DNA of 64,000 nt from Vairimorpha necatrix (GCA_036630325.1 CP142735.1:1-64000); one strand, 5' to 3'. Shown: positions 50,352-61,525, counted from the stretch's first letter. The notes: a model not told the origin generated them from the letters alone. Program-made: numbers and translations.

Positions 50352-52544
50352 TGTTACCGGCTGTGTTGCACACACCAATAATCAGACTAAAACTGAAAGA
50401 TGAAACAGTTGATAATGATCTGAAACCATCTATGTTTCAGATCCGAAACTAAAACTATTTAAGAATCTTAAATAGACAAGATATGCCAAATAAATATAGT
50501 TCTTCTTCTAATAAAAAGCCTTCTTCAATAACCAGCTCTCCTTCTGGTAACACTGGCGACAACTATTCGAAATCCAACGAATTGGGCCACCTACTAGAAA
50601 AATTAGGGATATCTACTAACACAATGGTGAAATTCAACGGTACCCAAGGCGAGAATGCATGGGTCTGGATTAATCAATTTAAATACCTCGAGGGAGAATG
50701 GAATGATATAAAACTGCTCAACTACATTAAGAGATACTTAGGGGAATCAGCTCTCCTATGGTATGAGGCTGTAATTGAAGACGAGGTGGAAGGATATATG
50801 GAATTCAAACAGAAATTTCTAACAAAATATGGGAAAGAAGAATTCCGGGAGAATATTAATCCCATTAAAATGCTTTATAAGAGACTATACTCTGGACCTG
50901 TAAATATGAAAATTGAAAACTTTATATACGAACTAATGAAGCTTAACAAGAAAGCAGGAGTTAGCGTGTCTGAAATTACGGAGGAGTTGGCTAGATATTT
51001 CCCACCGTCACTTAAAGAAAAGGTGGAAGAGGCAACGTCATGGGACGTTGTACTAAAGATTTATGAGAGAAATCATAAATTTATTGAGAGTTCAAGGCAG
51101 AGACCTGAACAGAATAGGCCAAGGGAAGCAAGGACTTCAAGGCCATATACTACAAGGACAAGAGAGAGTCTAAGAAAGTTAGTATGTTATAAGTGTGGGG
51201 GCGAACACTTATTTAAAGACTGCGAGAAACACGAAGGGAAAAAGGTTTTTTTAATCGAGGCAGATCCAGTGTCAAAAGACACGAACGATACTACGATCTT
51301 AGGGTCCATCGACCGCGACGTAGTAAGAACGCGTTTGGACTCGGGGGAGTCCAACCCATTTATCGAAAGCAATTTTGTTGGCAGAAAGAAACTAAGAAAG
51401 GTAAAAGAAGTACATTTTAATCAAACTATTCCACAGAGTATAGATATAACAATGTCTATACAAGAAGATGGACGGATTAAAAAGTGGGCAAGTGCAGAAA
51501 CAGCTCAGACGTCACTTCTGTATGGAAGTTTGAGGTTTTCCGAGACGAGTACTTCGATTAACAAGCAATTCGATGGCCAGCAAAATAACTTTCTCGAGAA
51601 TGATAGAAAAAATCTAAACATTGAACGAGCAAATAAAAGCGTGGGGAGTGACGAATATACGAGCACCAAGGACGCACATAGTTCGATCGAAAAGGAAAGA
51701 GACGATGGTGTGCGCCTATACAATGAACTCACAAAAGTAATGGAAACACGGACTAAAGAAGTAGGTCAATCCCCCGTGATTAAAGAATGTTCTACATACT
51801 TAAGTGTAGCGGAATTGAACCACCAACTCGACCCGGGAAAACGATACTATCTAACTCTTCTGAGGAAAGAAATTTACGAGCACGAAGTGAAGAAACAAAC
51901 ATTTTTATGTGTGAATGAAAGCGTGGTGAGCGAGGAAGTGGCGATCGTGCAGATCGTGCTTATCGAAATAATATCTAAAATAGATGAAGGTATGAGACCA
52001 ATACTGACCTGGAAGTTACTATTTATGGTTCTGCACTGTGAGTTGAATAACATTATAATAAAACTTAAAAGAATAATATTTAATATCCTCAAGAAGCCAC
52101 GTAAAAAGTTCCTAATGTCTTACCATACATTATATAGAAATGAAAGATTGGATAAAATATATATAGGACCCTACATAGTCACGAAAAACAAACTAAAAGG
52201 AGCCTATGAAGTAAGGAGTCTTGAAGATGGAATAGAACACTCTATAAACCGAAACTATTTTGTAGTATATAATAAAGATGACGATATATTGGAGGATATA
52301 ACCTCTTCCCAGGAAGTGAAGCCTTGTTCTAAGGAGGGGAGAGTGTTACCGGCTGTGTTGCACACACCAATAATCAGACTAAAACTGAAAGATGAAACAG
52401 TTGATAATGATCTGAAACCATCTATGTTTCAGATCCGAAACTAAAACTATTTAAGAATCTTAAATAGACAAGATATGCCAAATAAATATAGTTCTTCTTC
52501 TAATAAAAAGCCTTCTTCAATAACCAGCTCTCCTTCTGGTAACA
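50352..52544 (+). mobile_element. Young non-autonomous Gag-bearing LTR element, identical 201-bp LTRs, TSD GGTGT
   Basis: LTRs 50352-50552 and 52344-52544 (TGTTACC...GGTAACA), PBS TGGCGACAAC at 50554, PPT AAGGAGGGGAGAG at 52331-52343. Empty site at 18913-18917. Confidence 0.96.
50483..52444 (+). CDS. gag: Gag-like protein with zinc knuckle, degenerate protease motif, unassigned middle region and integrase C-terminal GPY-like tail; no RT, RNase H or DDE core
   Basis: YLGESALLWY, CYKCGGEHLFKDC, RLDSGE and KIYIGPYIV...GAYEV in a 653-codon open frame. Confidence 0.8.
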   Translation: MPNKYSSSSNKKPSSITSSPSGNTGDNYSKSNELGHLLEKLGISTNTMVKFNGTQGENAWVWINQFKYLEGEWNDIKLLNYIKRYLGESALLWYEAVIEDEVEGYMEFKQKFLTKYGKEEFRENINPIKMLYKRLYSGPVNMKIENFIYELMKLNKKAGVSVSEITEELARYFPPSLKEKVEEATSWDVVLKIYERNHKFIESSRQRPEQNRPREARTSRPYTTRTRESLRKLVCYKCGGEHLFKDCEKHEGKKVFLIEADPVSKDTNDTTILGSIDRDVVRTRLDSGESNPFIESNFVGRKKLRKVKEVHFNQTIPQSIDITMSIQEDGRIKKWASAETAQTSLLYGSLRFSETSTSINKQFDGQQNNFLENDRKNLNIERANKSVGSDEYTSTKDAHSSIEKERDDGVRLYNELTKVMETRTKEVGQSPVIKECSTYLSVAELNHQLDPGKRYYLTLLRKEIYEHEVKKQTFLCVNESVVSEEVAIVQIVLIEIISKIDEGMRPILTWKLLFMVLHCELNNIIIKLKRIIFNILKKPRKKFLMSYHTLYRNERLDKIYIGPYIVTKNKLKGAYEVRSLEDGIEHSINRNYFVVYNKDDDILEDITSSQEVKPCSKEGRVLPAVLHTPIIRLKLKDETVDNDLKPSMFQIRN

Positions 52545-55434
52545 GGTGTAATTCAAAAATATACCAATTCAATTGTTTTTTAGATATGTTATATTTAAAT
52601 GATCATTCAGCCCATCTTATGAAAAATATTTTCATCTCTGGAATATTCAAAAAATATAGTATCCTAAAATGAAAATTTTTCATTGTTAAGATTATATAAT
52701 TTTAAAATAAAATGTTAACGTAATGAAATCTAAACATATCAAATATTAAATTGCGGAATTATATTACTCTATTGTATATATATCGTATAAATTATGATTT
52801 TATTTATAATCAAAATCACAAATAATTATAATCTCGTGTTTCTGACTTTATATTTCCTTTATTTTTTAACTTTTGTTCATTTTACTATCTTAAATAACTG
52901 ATTATTTGTCTTCTATTTTTGGTTTTGTAAGTCAAAATTACTATATCAGTCCTATAGAATATTAATAATAGTATATTCACACTGACTTTCTATTCTTAGA
53001 GGATAAATGAAACGTGAATTTTATTTTTTTATTTGTTGCTAATTTTGTTTTTAGGTTTTACTATTATGTTGCCAAAGAGAACAATGATTAGATTGTTTAC
53101 AATACTTAATTTTCATCGATTGGGTTTTTTAATATAAATTGTTTATTCTTTTTTTATATGAAATATTTTTTCTTTATTAATTAATCGAAATTATCATAAC
53201 TCAGAAACTTAAATTATCTTATGTTATATTATTAAAATACGTTTTTGTTCATTATGTTAAGTCTGTACGAATAAAATATATGATGTAATTGATTCTAGGT
53301 TATTTCATTCTTTTATACATAGATACATATGATTGTTGCAATAAATATGAACTTATCAATATGATTTTTATTTCTTAGTATATTTATGTATATTTATATT
53401 AAGCACTTGGCATCTTAATTATATCTACACATATCTTAGTAAAAGCTTATAAATTTTGTTGCCATTTTGAATTTCTAGTATCATATAATTTTTATTTTAT
53501 TTTATATATAGACTTCGAGGTTAATTTACGCCCTAAAAAGGGAATATTGTTGTTTTCTTTAATGTTTTCATTTTTTCTGTGCTTTTCGATCCTCAATGTT
53601 TAATCTTTCCTAGTCTTTCCTTAAAAGTGTCTTGTTTAAGTAAAATGCTAATGACAAATTGGAGATATTTAAAATACAAGAAACATTTGTTATATAAATC
53701 TTTATATGTCAACATTACAGATATATACCTGCTCATTTTGCCATCTAAAGTCAATGATTTATTCAGAATATCGATGTGCCAGTCAATAATGGCTAATACT
53801 TAGGACAGGGCACGTCTCAGTGTGCAAATGACTCGTCACACATAGATTATTCAATTTAGTAGTATTAATGGAAATCTGTTCAAAATACAAATTTCTTGGA
53901 TCGTCTAAGTTCGGTTATATAGATAAATATTTCCAAAACAATGTATTATAAAGTGTTTTTTGAATAAACGATTGAACCAATTTTTATTGTTTCTCTATAA
54001 TACATACTAACTTTACTTTGTTTGCAAGCGATAGATATAATTATAATTTCCCAATCGTAAAAAATATTAAGTCTACTTTTACAGTTTTGTAGTTACAATA
54101 CTGTTTATTCTGAATTTTATTGATGGACTATTTTCGTCTTGTCGATATTATTATCTCTTCTTAAATATATATACATATACAAATACATCTCTTCTTAAAA
54201 ATTAGTTGGTCGTTTAAAATGTCAAGAATAATTACTTTTAAGCCTTCATGATATAGCTAAGTTCTTTTGTAATGATCTATTTTGGGGTGATTAATTTCCT
54301 CAGTTACTTATCATGATTTTCTTCTCTTTCTTATTACATTGTATATTTACTTGTCATCTTTGAAAAATCTAAAATTTAAATCTCTAAAATTCAAAATTAT
54401 GACATTTTAGACCAATTATTTTTTCAAGATTTTCTTTCAGTCTTATGTATATATATATGTATATAGAAATTTCTTCATTATAAAATGAAAATTTGAAAAC
54501 TCATAAATTAGAAATTATTGCATTCACGACAAATATTTTTTCATGATTTTTATCAATTTCTTATTTTTTATAAATGTGTATATATTCTTTTCATCAATAA
54601 AAAAAGAAAATCAAAATTATGTCATTTAAGATAATTTATTTTTTCATATTTTATTCTTATTCTTGATGTTTGAATATATATACTTGTCATCCTTGGAATA
54701 TTAAAAATTTGGAAGTTCAAAAAACATAATTTTGATTTATAGCCTTTATTTAATTTAAAATTTCGTATTCTTGGCGAGTAGGAGAGAAGATGAAATCTTA
54801 TACATGAACTCAAAAGCAATTGAGTTAACAATCCAATTGATATAGGGTATTATTATTCACTTAACTTCTACCAAATACTTTCGCTGCACTATCTCCGATG
54901 TAACCATTTAGATTTGATGAGAATATTTTTATATACAAGCCTCTAATCGCATCATTAAATCAATAAATATATTAAAATGAAGATTTTAAAACCCCTGTAT
55001 AAATTTATCGTATTAATATAATGTCTATATAAAAATAAATCATCTAGATCCCAGATGGCTCTTCTCTTACACAGAACACTAAAAGCAAACTTATTAAACT
55101 TCTTTGTAAGCAATGAAATAATTGAACAGATCTCCATCTTATACTATATCTTGTTTTTATAAAAACAAACTTCATAAATTTCTACATCAAGAGTGCCATA
55201 ATCGGCTTTTAGGTCCCTATAGAATATACAGCTATGGTATTTTGAAACACAAAAGGACAAATTATATGTATTAAAATTTGAATTGTAAATATATTTCAGA
55301 AATTACTAATCAATTCATTTCAAGAATTACTTTCATATATTTGTTTAGTCTATCAATTTTGAAATATTATATTTAGTGACGTCTGTATGCCCAACAGCAT
55401 CTATTTCTACACAGCGAATATAAATTTTAATTTT

Positions 55435-55505
55435 ATTGCCACCGGGAATCGAACCTTGGACCTTCGATATCCCAAATCAAGGTGCAACAATTCTGCCAAG
55501 CACAC
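55435..55505 (-). pseudogene. tRNA-Pro(TGG)-like pseudogene or SINE head
   Basis: Minus strand reads gtgcttggcagaattgttgcaccttgatTTGGgatatcgaaggtccaaGGTTCGATTCCcggtggca: clear B box and anticodon-arm-like segment, but poor acceptor stem. Confidence 0.5.
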
Positions 55506-55674
55506 TTATTTAAAATTTTGTTATCCTTTAAGAAAACCAATTATATTTTTAACTTCCTTTAATTTTTTTCTTTCTATGCATAAAGAAAAATTTCAAATTA
55601 GTCAGATTGAAAGATTATTAAGCGATTTAACCAAATAATAGAATAATTTACAATATTAGTTTTATGTTTTCTTA

Positions 55675-56184
55675 GTTGGTATAACCAACCAGGATCGACT
55701 TACTATAGTTGAGAATGAAAAACTAAGAAAATATGACCTTCTTGCAAATGAACTGGGACTAATACATAAATCCCGGACAAGAATAGTTCCTTATGTAATG
55801 ACATGGGATGGAGTGGTGACCAAATATCACAGAAAGTACATCAAGGAGCTAGAAATCCAACCCTACCTGGAAGCATATATCCAGTCTATTGTGATGAAGA
55901 AGACTCTAGAGTCCATCTCTTTGGAACGACGACGAGGATACGATCAGGAGGATGCAGGAGAAGAAGAAGTGGCTAGAGCTGTAAGCGCACTAGCGAATAT
56001 GGCGACTGTTAAAGAAGTGGTGTCGGCAAAGGGGAATGAAGCTGCTAAAGTGAAGTTGGAAAACATTAATAATTCCACAGAAACCAAAGTCTGTGAAGAG
56101 CTGAATCCCATGAGCGATACCGGGGAAAGCTGTGCTATGAATATCTAAACATAATTGAAAATTAACTCAATAAATCTTTTATTG
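55675..56184 (+). mobile_element. 5'-truncated RLE-type non-LTR retrotransposon (family A) with 13-bp TSD TTATGTTTTCTTA
   Basis: Translates VGITNQDRLTIVENEKLRKYDLLANELG...PYVMTWDG (restriction-like endonuclease C-terminus). TSD at 55662-55674 and 56185-56197, empty site ~22305-22317. Confidence 0.9.
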
Positions 56185-56770
56185 TTATGTTTTCTTATAT
56201 AAAATAAAAATATATAAGATTTTCTTTGATCCGAATATACATTTCTAATATATATACATGTTATACTAAAAAATAATATACATTTTACACGGCAAAAACG
56301 AGTATATATCCTATTTTATATACAAAATACTTTCATATGTGATCGCAAATTTTAAGATTTACTGGCATCGTATTTCAATTTCTCTATTATATCTGGCAAT
56401 TTTGTTATTCTTATTTTCCATACCCTCTAAAGTAAATTTTTTTAAATAATTTTTTCAACAAGTTTAAACTTTCAATTGTAAGAATATGATTGGTAAGTAT
56501 TTGATCTGCTACAACTATATATGAACTACATTCTTTTAATAATTCAGACTACAAAATAATAAAAACATATTTATGTGATTTAACTAATATTCTTTATTGA
56601 GATTTTGTTTTTCTTAGATACTGTGATGTACATTACTACAACACATGGACAGATGTCAAAATTATGTCAACCGTTTCGGATGGCATGTCAAGTTGGGTCA
56701 CACAATCAAACGAAAGTTGCATGGTCGTTACTACATTCGTAAGTACGCCAATGTTTGTATCATGTGTTGA

Positions 56771-57095
56771 CAACATATAAAAGATTTATTAAGTTAATTT
56801 ATCATGTAAGTTAGATTAGCACAGTTTCCCTCGGTATCGCTCACTAGATTCGGCTCTTCATAGACTTTGGTTTATGTGGAATTATTTATGTTTTTCAACT
56901 CCAAATTTTTAGCTTCATTCTCCTATACTGACATCGCTTGTTCAACAGTCGCCATATTCGCTAGTGCGCTTAAAGCTCTAGTTACTTCCTCCTCTCCTGC
57001 ATAATCTTTATCGTATCTTGTTCGTCGTTCCAAAGAGATGGACTCTGAAGTTTTCTTCATCACATTAGACTGAATGTATGCTTCCAGAAATGTTT
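56771..57095 (-). mobile_element. 3' fragment of RLE non-LTR family A (paralog of 22887-23205)
   Basis: Inverted homolog of 55860-56184. Confidence 0.8.
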
Positions 57096-57472
57096 AGATT
57101 TCTGCAGAATGCAAATAAGATTTTAAAATATTAATATATATGTACACAATAATAATATAGTTTAGAACTAATGAATTCCTAAACTTTTTAAATTTTACAA
57201 CTGTAACTATTATTTTGGAAAAAATATTTTATTTTGACATTACGATTGATTTTTAGTAAAAATTTAATTAAATTTTGAATTTCTTCAAAAATGTCAAGAG
57301 AATTTAAAAAATTTAAAGGCCGTATTAAATTTCAAAAAATATTATCTGGTCATCTTTTTAATTGAGTTGTTACTCTGTAGACAAAGAAAAATTAATAATA
57401 AATTTCAAATAAAGATCATTGAACAAAGAGTAATTAACATTTTTGTTTAGTTTTTAATTGTATATTTTTTAA

Positions 57473-58429
57473 TTAATTGGCTAATGTCAGCTTTAACGGA
57501 AAAATTTCGATATAGGGTTTTTTTTGATTTTTTTGCCATTTTTTTAAAAAAATGGAGGAGAGAAAATGTTGAGGAAGAAACAAAAATAACAAATAAAATA
57601 AATAATTTAATAATGCGTGGAAAACCGGGGCAGAAGAGTTCCTTTGTAGCATATACCTGAATAAATAAAGTTTAGCACTACGAGCAGATCTGTTTCTATT
57701 TGGAATAGAATTTTTTAAAGAGCGCCAATTACCTTCTATGGTATTGGTATGAACTCCGGTTATTGGGTCTCTAAAGTTTAGAGAATGATTTACCATCAGA
57801 TGTTGGTTAAATATTAAGCCCAGATTACGGTAGGCTCTCCGCATATCGCTATAAATTGTACTATTTCTGTCTACATACTTTAACAAAAGATTAGTTAGCG
57901 TTATTTGGTCTCTTTTCTCAATATATATAAATATAATTCGGCGTTGTATGGTACGTTTGACCATACCAAAACACCAGAAACCTTTTACTGGTTGGCCTCT
58001 ATTATATTTATTTTTACCAATCTTAGATTCATCAATTTCTACAATAGTATTATTACCACCCATAATTCCGATACTGGCCAGATATGTCTCATAAATATTA
58101 ATTTCTTTTAACTTTTTTAGTATACTAGATATTGATTGCCGAGAACAACCTAGGATTTGACAGATAGACTTACGAGAATATCCTAGAATCCACATATTAA
58201 GTATCTGCAATACTGTAATATGGTCTAGTCTAGAATTCTGAAAGAAAGTATCTTTCCATACAGAAACATTAAATTTGCATTTAGTCCATTTACATCTCAG
58301 GATCATGCCTTTTTTGTCCTTTATTTTCATTTCTGACCCACAAGATTCACATTTGCGTTTCGCTTTTTCTATTTTCAATTCATAGTATATATTTTCAAGT
58401 TTTTCTCTTGTTTGAATTCTCTCCTCCAT
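57473..58429 (-). CDS. Merlin/ISXO2-like DDE transposase with N-terminal zinc ribbon
   Basis: CESC...CKWTKC, VEIDESKIG, IYSD, VNHS, HTNTIEGNW. Confidence 0.92.
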   Translation of the reverse strand: MEERIQTREKLENIYYELKIEKAKRKCESCGSEMKIKDKKGMILRCKWTKCKFNVSVWKDTFFQNSRLDHITVLQILNMWILGYSRKSICQILGCSRQSISSILKKLKEINIYETYLASIGIMGGNNTIVEIDESKIGKNKYNRGQPVKGFWCFGMVKRTIQRRIIFIYIEKRDQITLTNLLLKYVDRNSTIYSDMRRAYRNLGLIFNQHLMVNHSLNFRDPITGVHTNTIEGNWRSLKNSIPNRNRSARSAKLYLFRYMLQRNSSAPVFHALLNYLFYLLFLFLPQHFLSSIFLKKWQKNQKKPYIEIFPLKLTLAN

Positions 58430-58503
58430 TTTTTTAAAAAGGGGGCAAAAAAATCAAAAAAAAACCCTATATCGAAATTTTTCCGTTAAAGCGGACTTTA
58501 GCC
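57479..58503 (-). mobile_element. Merlin (IS1595/ISXO2-like) DNA transposon 1, ~86-bp TIRs, 8-bp TSD AATTAATT
   Basis: GGCTAA...TTAGCC termini, TIRs 57479-57564 and 58417-58503, TSD at 57471-57478 and 58504-58511. Empty site at 23583-23590. Confidence 0.95.
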
Positions 58504-58627
58504 AATTAATTTATGCTAAAAATTTGTTTTATTTTTGCTATTAAATCCTTTCAATTCAAAATCTACGCTCTTTTCTATATTTTGTTTATTTTAAATTTCC
58601 CTCTTAAAATATTAAATAAAATTTTTT

Positions 58628-59668
58628 GGTTGATCGGACCGAAATTCACCTTTTTTTGATGTCTTCAAATTTTCATTTTTTCACCCCAAAAAATGAAATT
58701 CCAAAAGTTGAGGAAAAGAGAGATTGAAGAGAAAATAATACAACAAATAAAATCTTTACAACTTAGCGGTTGTAAAAAATGCAACGAAGAGCTTACATCA
58801 TACACAAAAAATAAGTATGAATATATGAAATGTACAAATAAAATATGTCCACTATATAAAAAGCATATTAATGTTTGGAAAGGTACAATATTTAGTCATG
58901 TAAAAATTTCTAAAGTGAAATTTGTCGAGGTTATTGACCTCTGGTTATCAAAATGTAGTGTGGATACTATTTCATACGTAACCAGAATTGATAAAAAAGT
59001 TATATGGAGAATATTGAAAAAAACTAGTGAAGTACTAGTTAAAAAATTCTACCAAAACATTAAATATATTGGAAATCCTGGTGAAACAGTTGAAATGGAT
59101 GAGTCAAAGATTGGAAAGAATAAATATAATCGTGGACATCCAGTAGGAGGAGTTTGGCTCTTTGGAGTAGTTGAAAGAGATGGTAAAAAAAGAGTCATAT
59201 TATTTCAAGTTAGTGATCATACTAAAAGTACGTTAAAATTTCACATTAAAAATAGTGTAAAAGAAGGTAGCAAATTATATTCTGACTGTTGGAAGGGATA
59301 TACGGGCATTCAAAATGAAGGTTATAGTCACCACACTGTAAACCACTCTAAATATTTTTAAGATCCCGAGACAGGAATACATACTAATACTATCGAAGGA
59401 ACATGGTCTGGTTTAAAACAGCATATACCATACAGATGTAGAACAAGGAAATTAATTAATAGGTATTTAGTGAGGTACATGTTAATAAAAAACTATAATA
59501 CTCATCCAGTAATAAGTTGTTTTAACGTAATTTATGATGAAAAATTAAATATTTAAAGCTTTTATTCTTTTTTTGTTTTCTTCCTCAACTTTTGGAATTT
59601 CATTTTTTGGGGTGAAAAAATGAAAATTTGAAGACATCAAAAAAAGGTGAATTTCGGTCCGAAGGTCC
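58628..59668 (+). mobile_element. Merlin DNA transposon 2, 88-bp TIRs, 9-bp TSD AAATTTTTT
   Basis: TIRs 58628-58715 and 59581-59668 match apart from terminal positions 3-6. Empty site ~23699-23707. Confidence 0.94.
58693..59556 (+). pseudogene. Merlin transposase with one in-frame nonsense codon (TAA at 59359-59361) before the catalytic E
   Basis: VEMDESKIG, LYSDCWKGY, then VNHSKYF*DPETGIHTNTIEGTW in the same frame to TAA at 59554-59556. Confidence 0.92.
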
Positions 59669-61304
59669 AAATTTTTTTGTTTATGGGCAATGATAAATCA
59701 AAGATTGGATTGGTGCAATAAAGAGATAAGTTAAGTTGGAATGACAATGAAAATTTGCGGAATATATAGTATTTTTAAAAATAGAGTATTATAAAATATC
59801 TAATCCAAAGCAGTCAATTTTTTTCTGCTAGTGTAATAATCTTTATATTTTATGCTCATGATCTTTTTTATCAGCAAATGATTATTATACGCATTATATA
59901 CTTCAGAAATTTGAGTACCGTTAGTTATACCAACTTCAATGGACAAGACCTTATAGCGCTTGCGCATCCCACGTGTCGCGAGAAGTTGAAAAGTTGGAAT
60001 ACAGATGAATACTCAAATTTCCGAAGTATTAAATTGTATAATAATCATTACTGATAAATAAGATCATGAGCATAACATAAAAAAATTACATTAACAGTGA
60101 AAAAACACGGGCCGTCACAAGAATTGTAATGCAGCTTTTTTCTATAATTATAATAGAAGCACTTCCGCTACATGTCCTTTACCCAAAATTAGTCATATAA
60201 TCTATTGATTGATAAACATAAGGTTTCTCCGGTCATATATTTCTAGTCCTTAGAAAATAATGATTTTAATGATCGCATTTATACCTAATTATTGCCAATC
60301 AAACATAAGTATGATTATTACATAATCATTATGATGAATGTATGCGAAAACTTCTATAGATATAAGTATACCATTATCTGAATAAATGTATCAATTATCA
60401 AAGGGGATATTAGAATTAAGATTAAACATAAGAATATTAGATTATTTGGAAACAGTTTTACTTAGAATAAAGGTGTAATTTTAGACATTTCGAGTATTTA
60501 AATAATCCTACTTACTAATATTATTCATAGAGCATCAGTCTGATGAATTGTGTAATATGTGTAAACAAGAATATTTTGATGATTATTCTAGTTTTTTTTT
60601 TATGATTATGAGAATTTAAATAGATAATTTATTAAAACTTTTAGAATGTTTAAGATTTTATATGTCCCTTCTATATACTGATATAAAAAATGTGAAAATT
60701 AAAAACGTTATCATATTTAATGTTATAACACTATACGATTAACAATGAATATTTTTAATTAAGAAGTATTTATAAATATTCCTAATTCTCAATTTGCTTT
60801 TAATTTAAAACAGATGTATAAGGATAAATTCTAGAAATATCGAAAACAAAATATTAAACAAAAAAGTATTTTTTATATATATTAGAAATTGTTATTAATG
60901 AGGTTTCTATATAAAAAAATACAAGAAATATTAGTTCAAAATGTTGAGTCCTTTTTACTTTTTTTGATCTACTACTGATTTAACGAGTATATATTATACG
61001 ATCAGATATAAAATATTTTCTCTAATAGAAAGATACTAACATAACAATCAGATATATATATATATATATATATATATATTTCGTTTTAATTGAAGGTGGT
61101 CTAATCATCTCCTGAACAGGTTTGCCAATATTATCATATATTAAATGTAAGCTTTTCTAAAACTATCCTTTATTAAAATTAATTTTATCTCGTAAAATCA
61201 TGAGATATCTTAAGATCAAGATGTTATAACTAATTTTATAATATCCTATATTGGGTCGCAAAATTCTATGTTATACTACCATAAGATATCGTTGGAATAT
61301 AAAT

Positions 61305-61525
61305 ATATAATTTATTTGGGTATAATATTGGCTTATTAATTATTTTTTACAAGATACGCTTACAGTCTCATCTGACAGTTCCAGGACTTCCTTCTGAGAT
61401 TCACTCATTGGGCTCTCAAAACCCCCTTCCTGATCTGTATCAAGCCCATGTCTGGCTGACATAGTTAGGCTTTCTAAAGTCATTTTAAAGACTCTTGACT
61501 GTATATATGCTTCCGTGTTTATATA
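61305..61525 (-). mobile_element. 3' fragment of RLE-type non-LTR retrotransposon (family C)
   Basis: EAYIQSRVFKMTLESL is homologous to EAYIQSIVMKKTLESI of family A. Confidence 0.7.

Larger units (their letters stand above)
33330..61301 (+). repeat. Subtelomeric block, copy 2 (enlarged by younger TE insertions), starting with relic telomere repeats
   Basis: cctacctaacatacctacataaccc followed by the same junction sequence as at 3664. Colinear with copy 1 throughout. Confidence 0.95.

Noticed and set aside
52475-52672. 65-aa ORF identical at its start to the Gag ORF
   Set aside because: It is the 3' LTR copy of the ATG running into flanking DNA, not an independent gene
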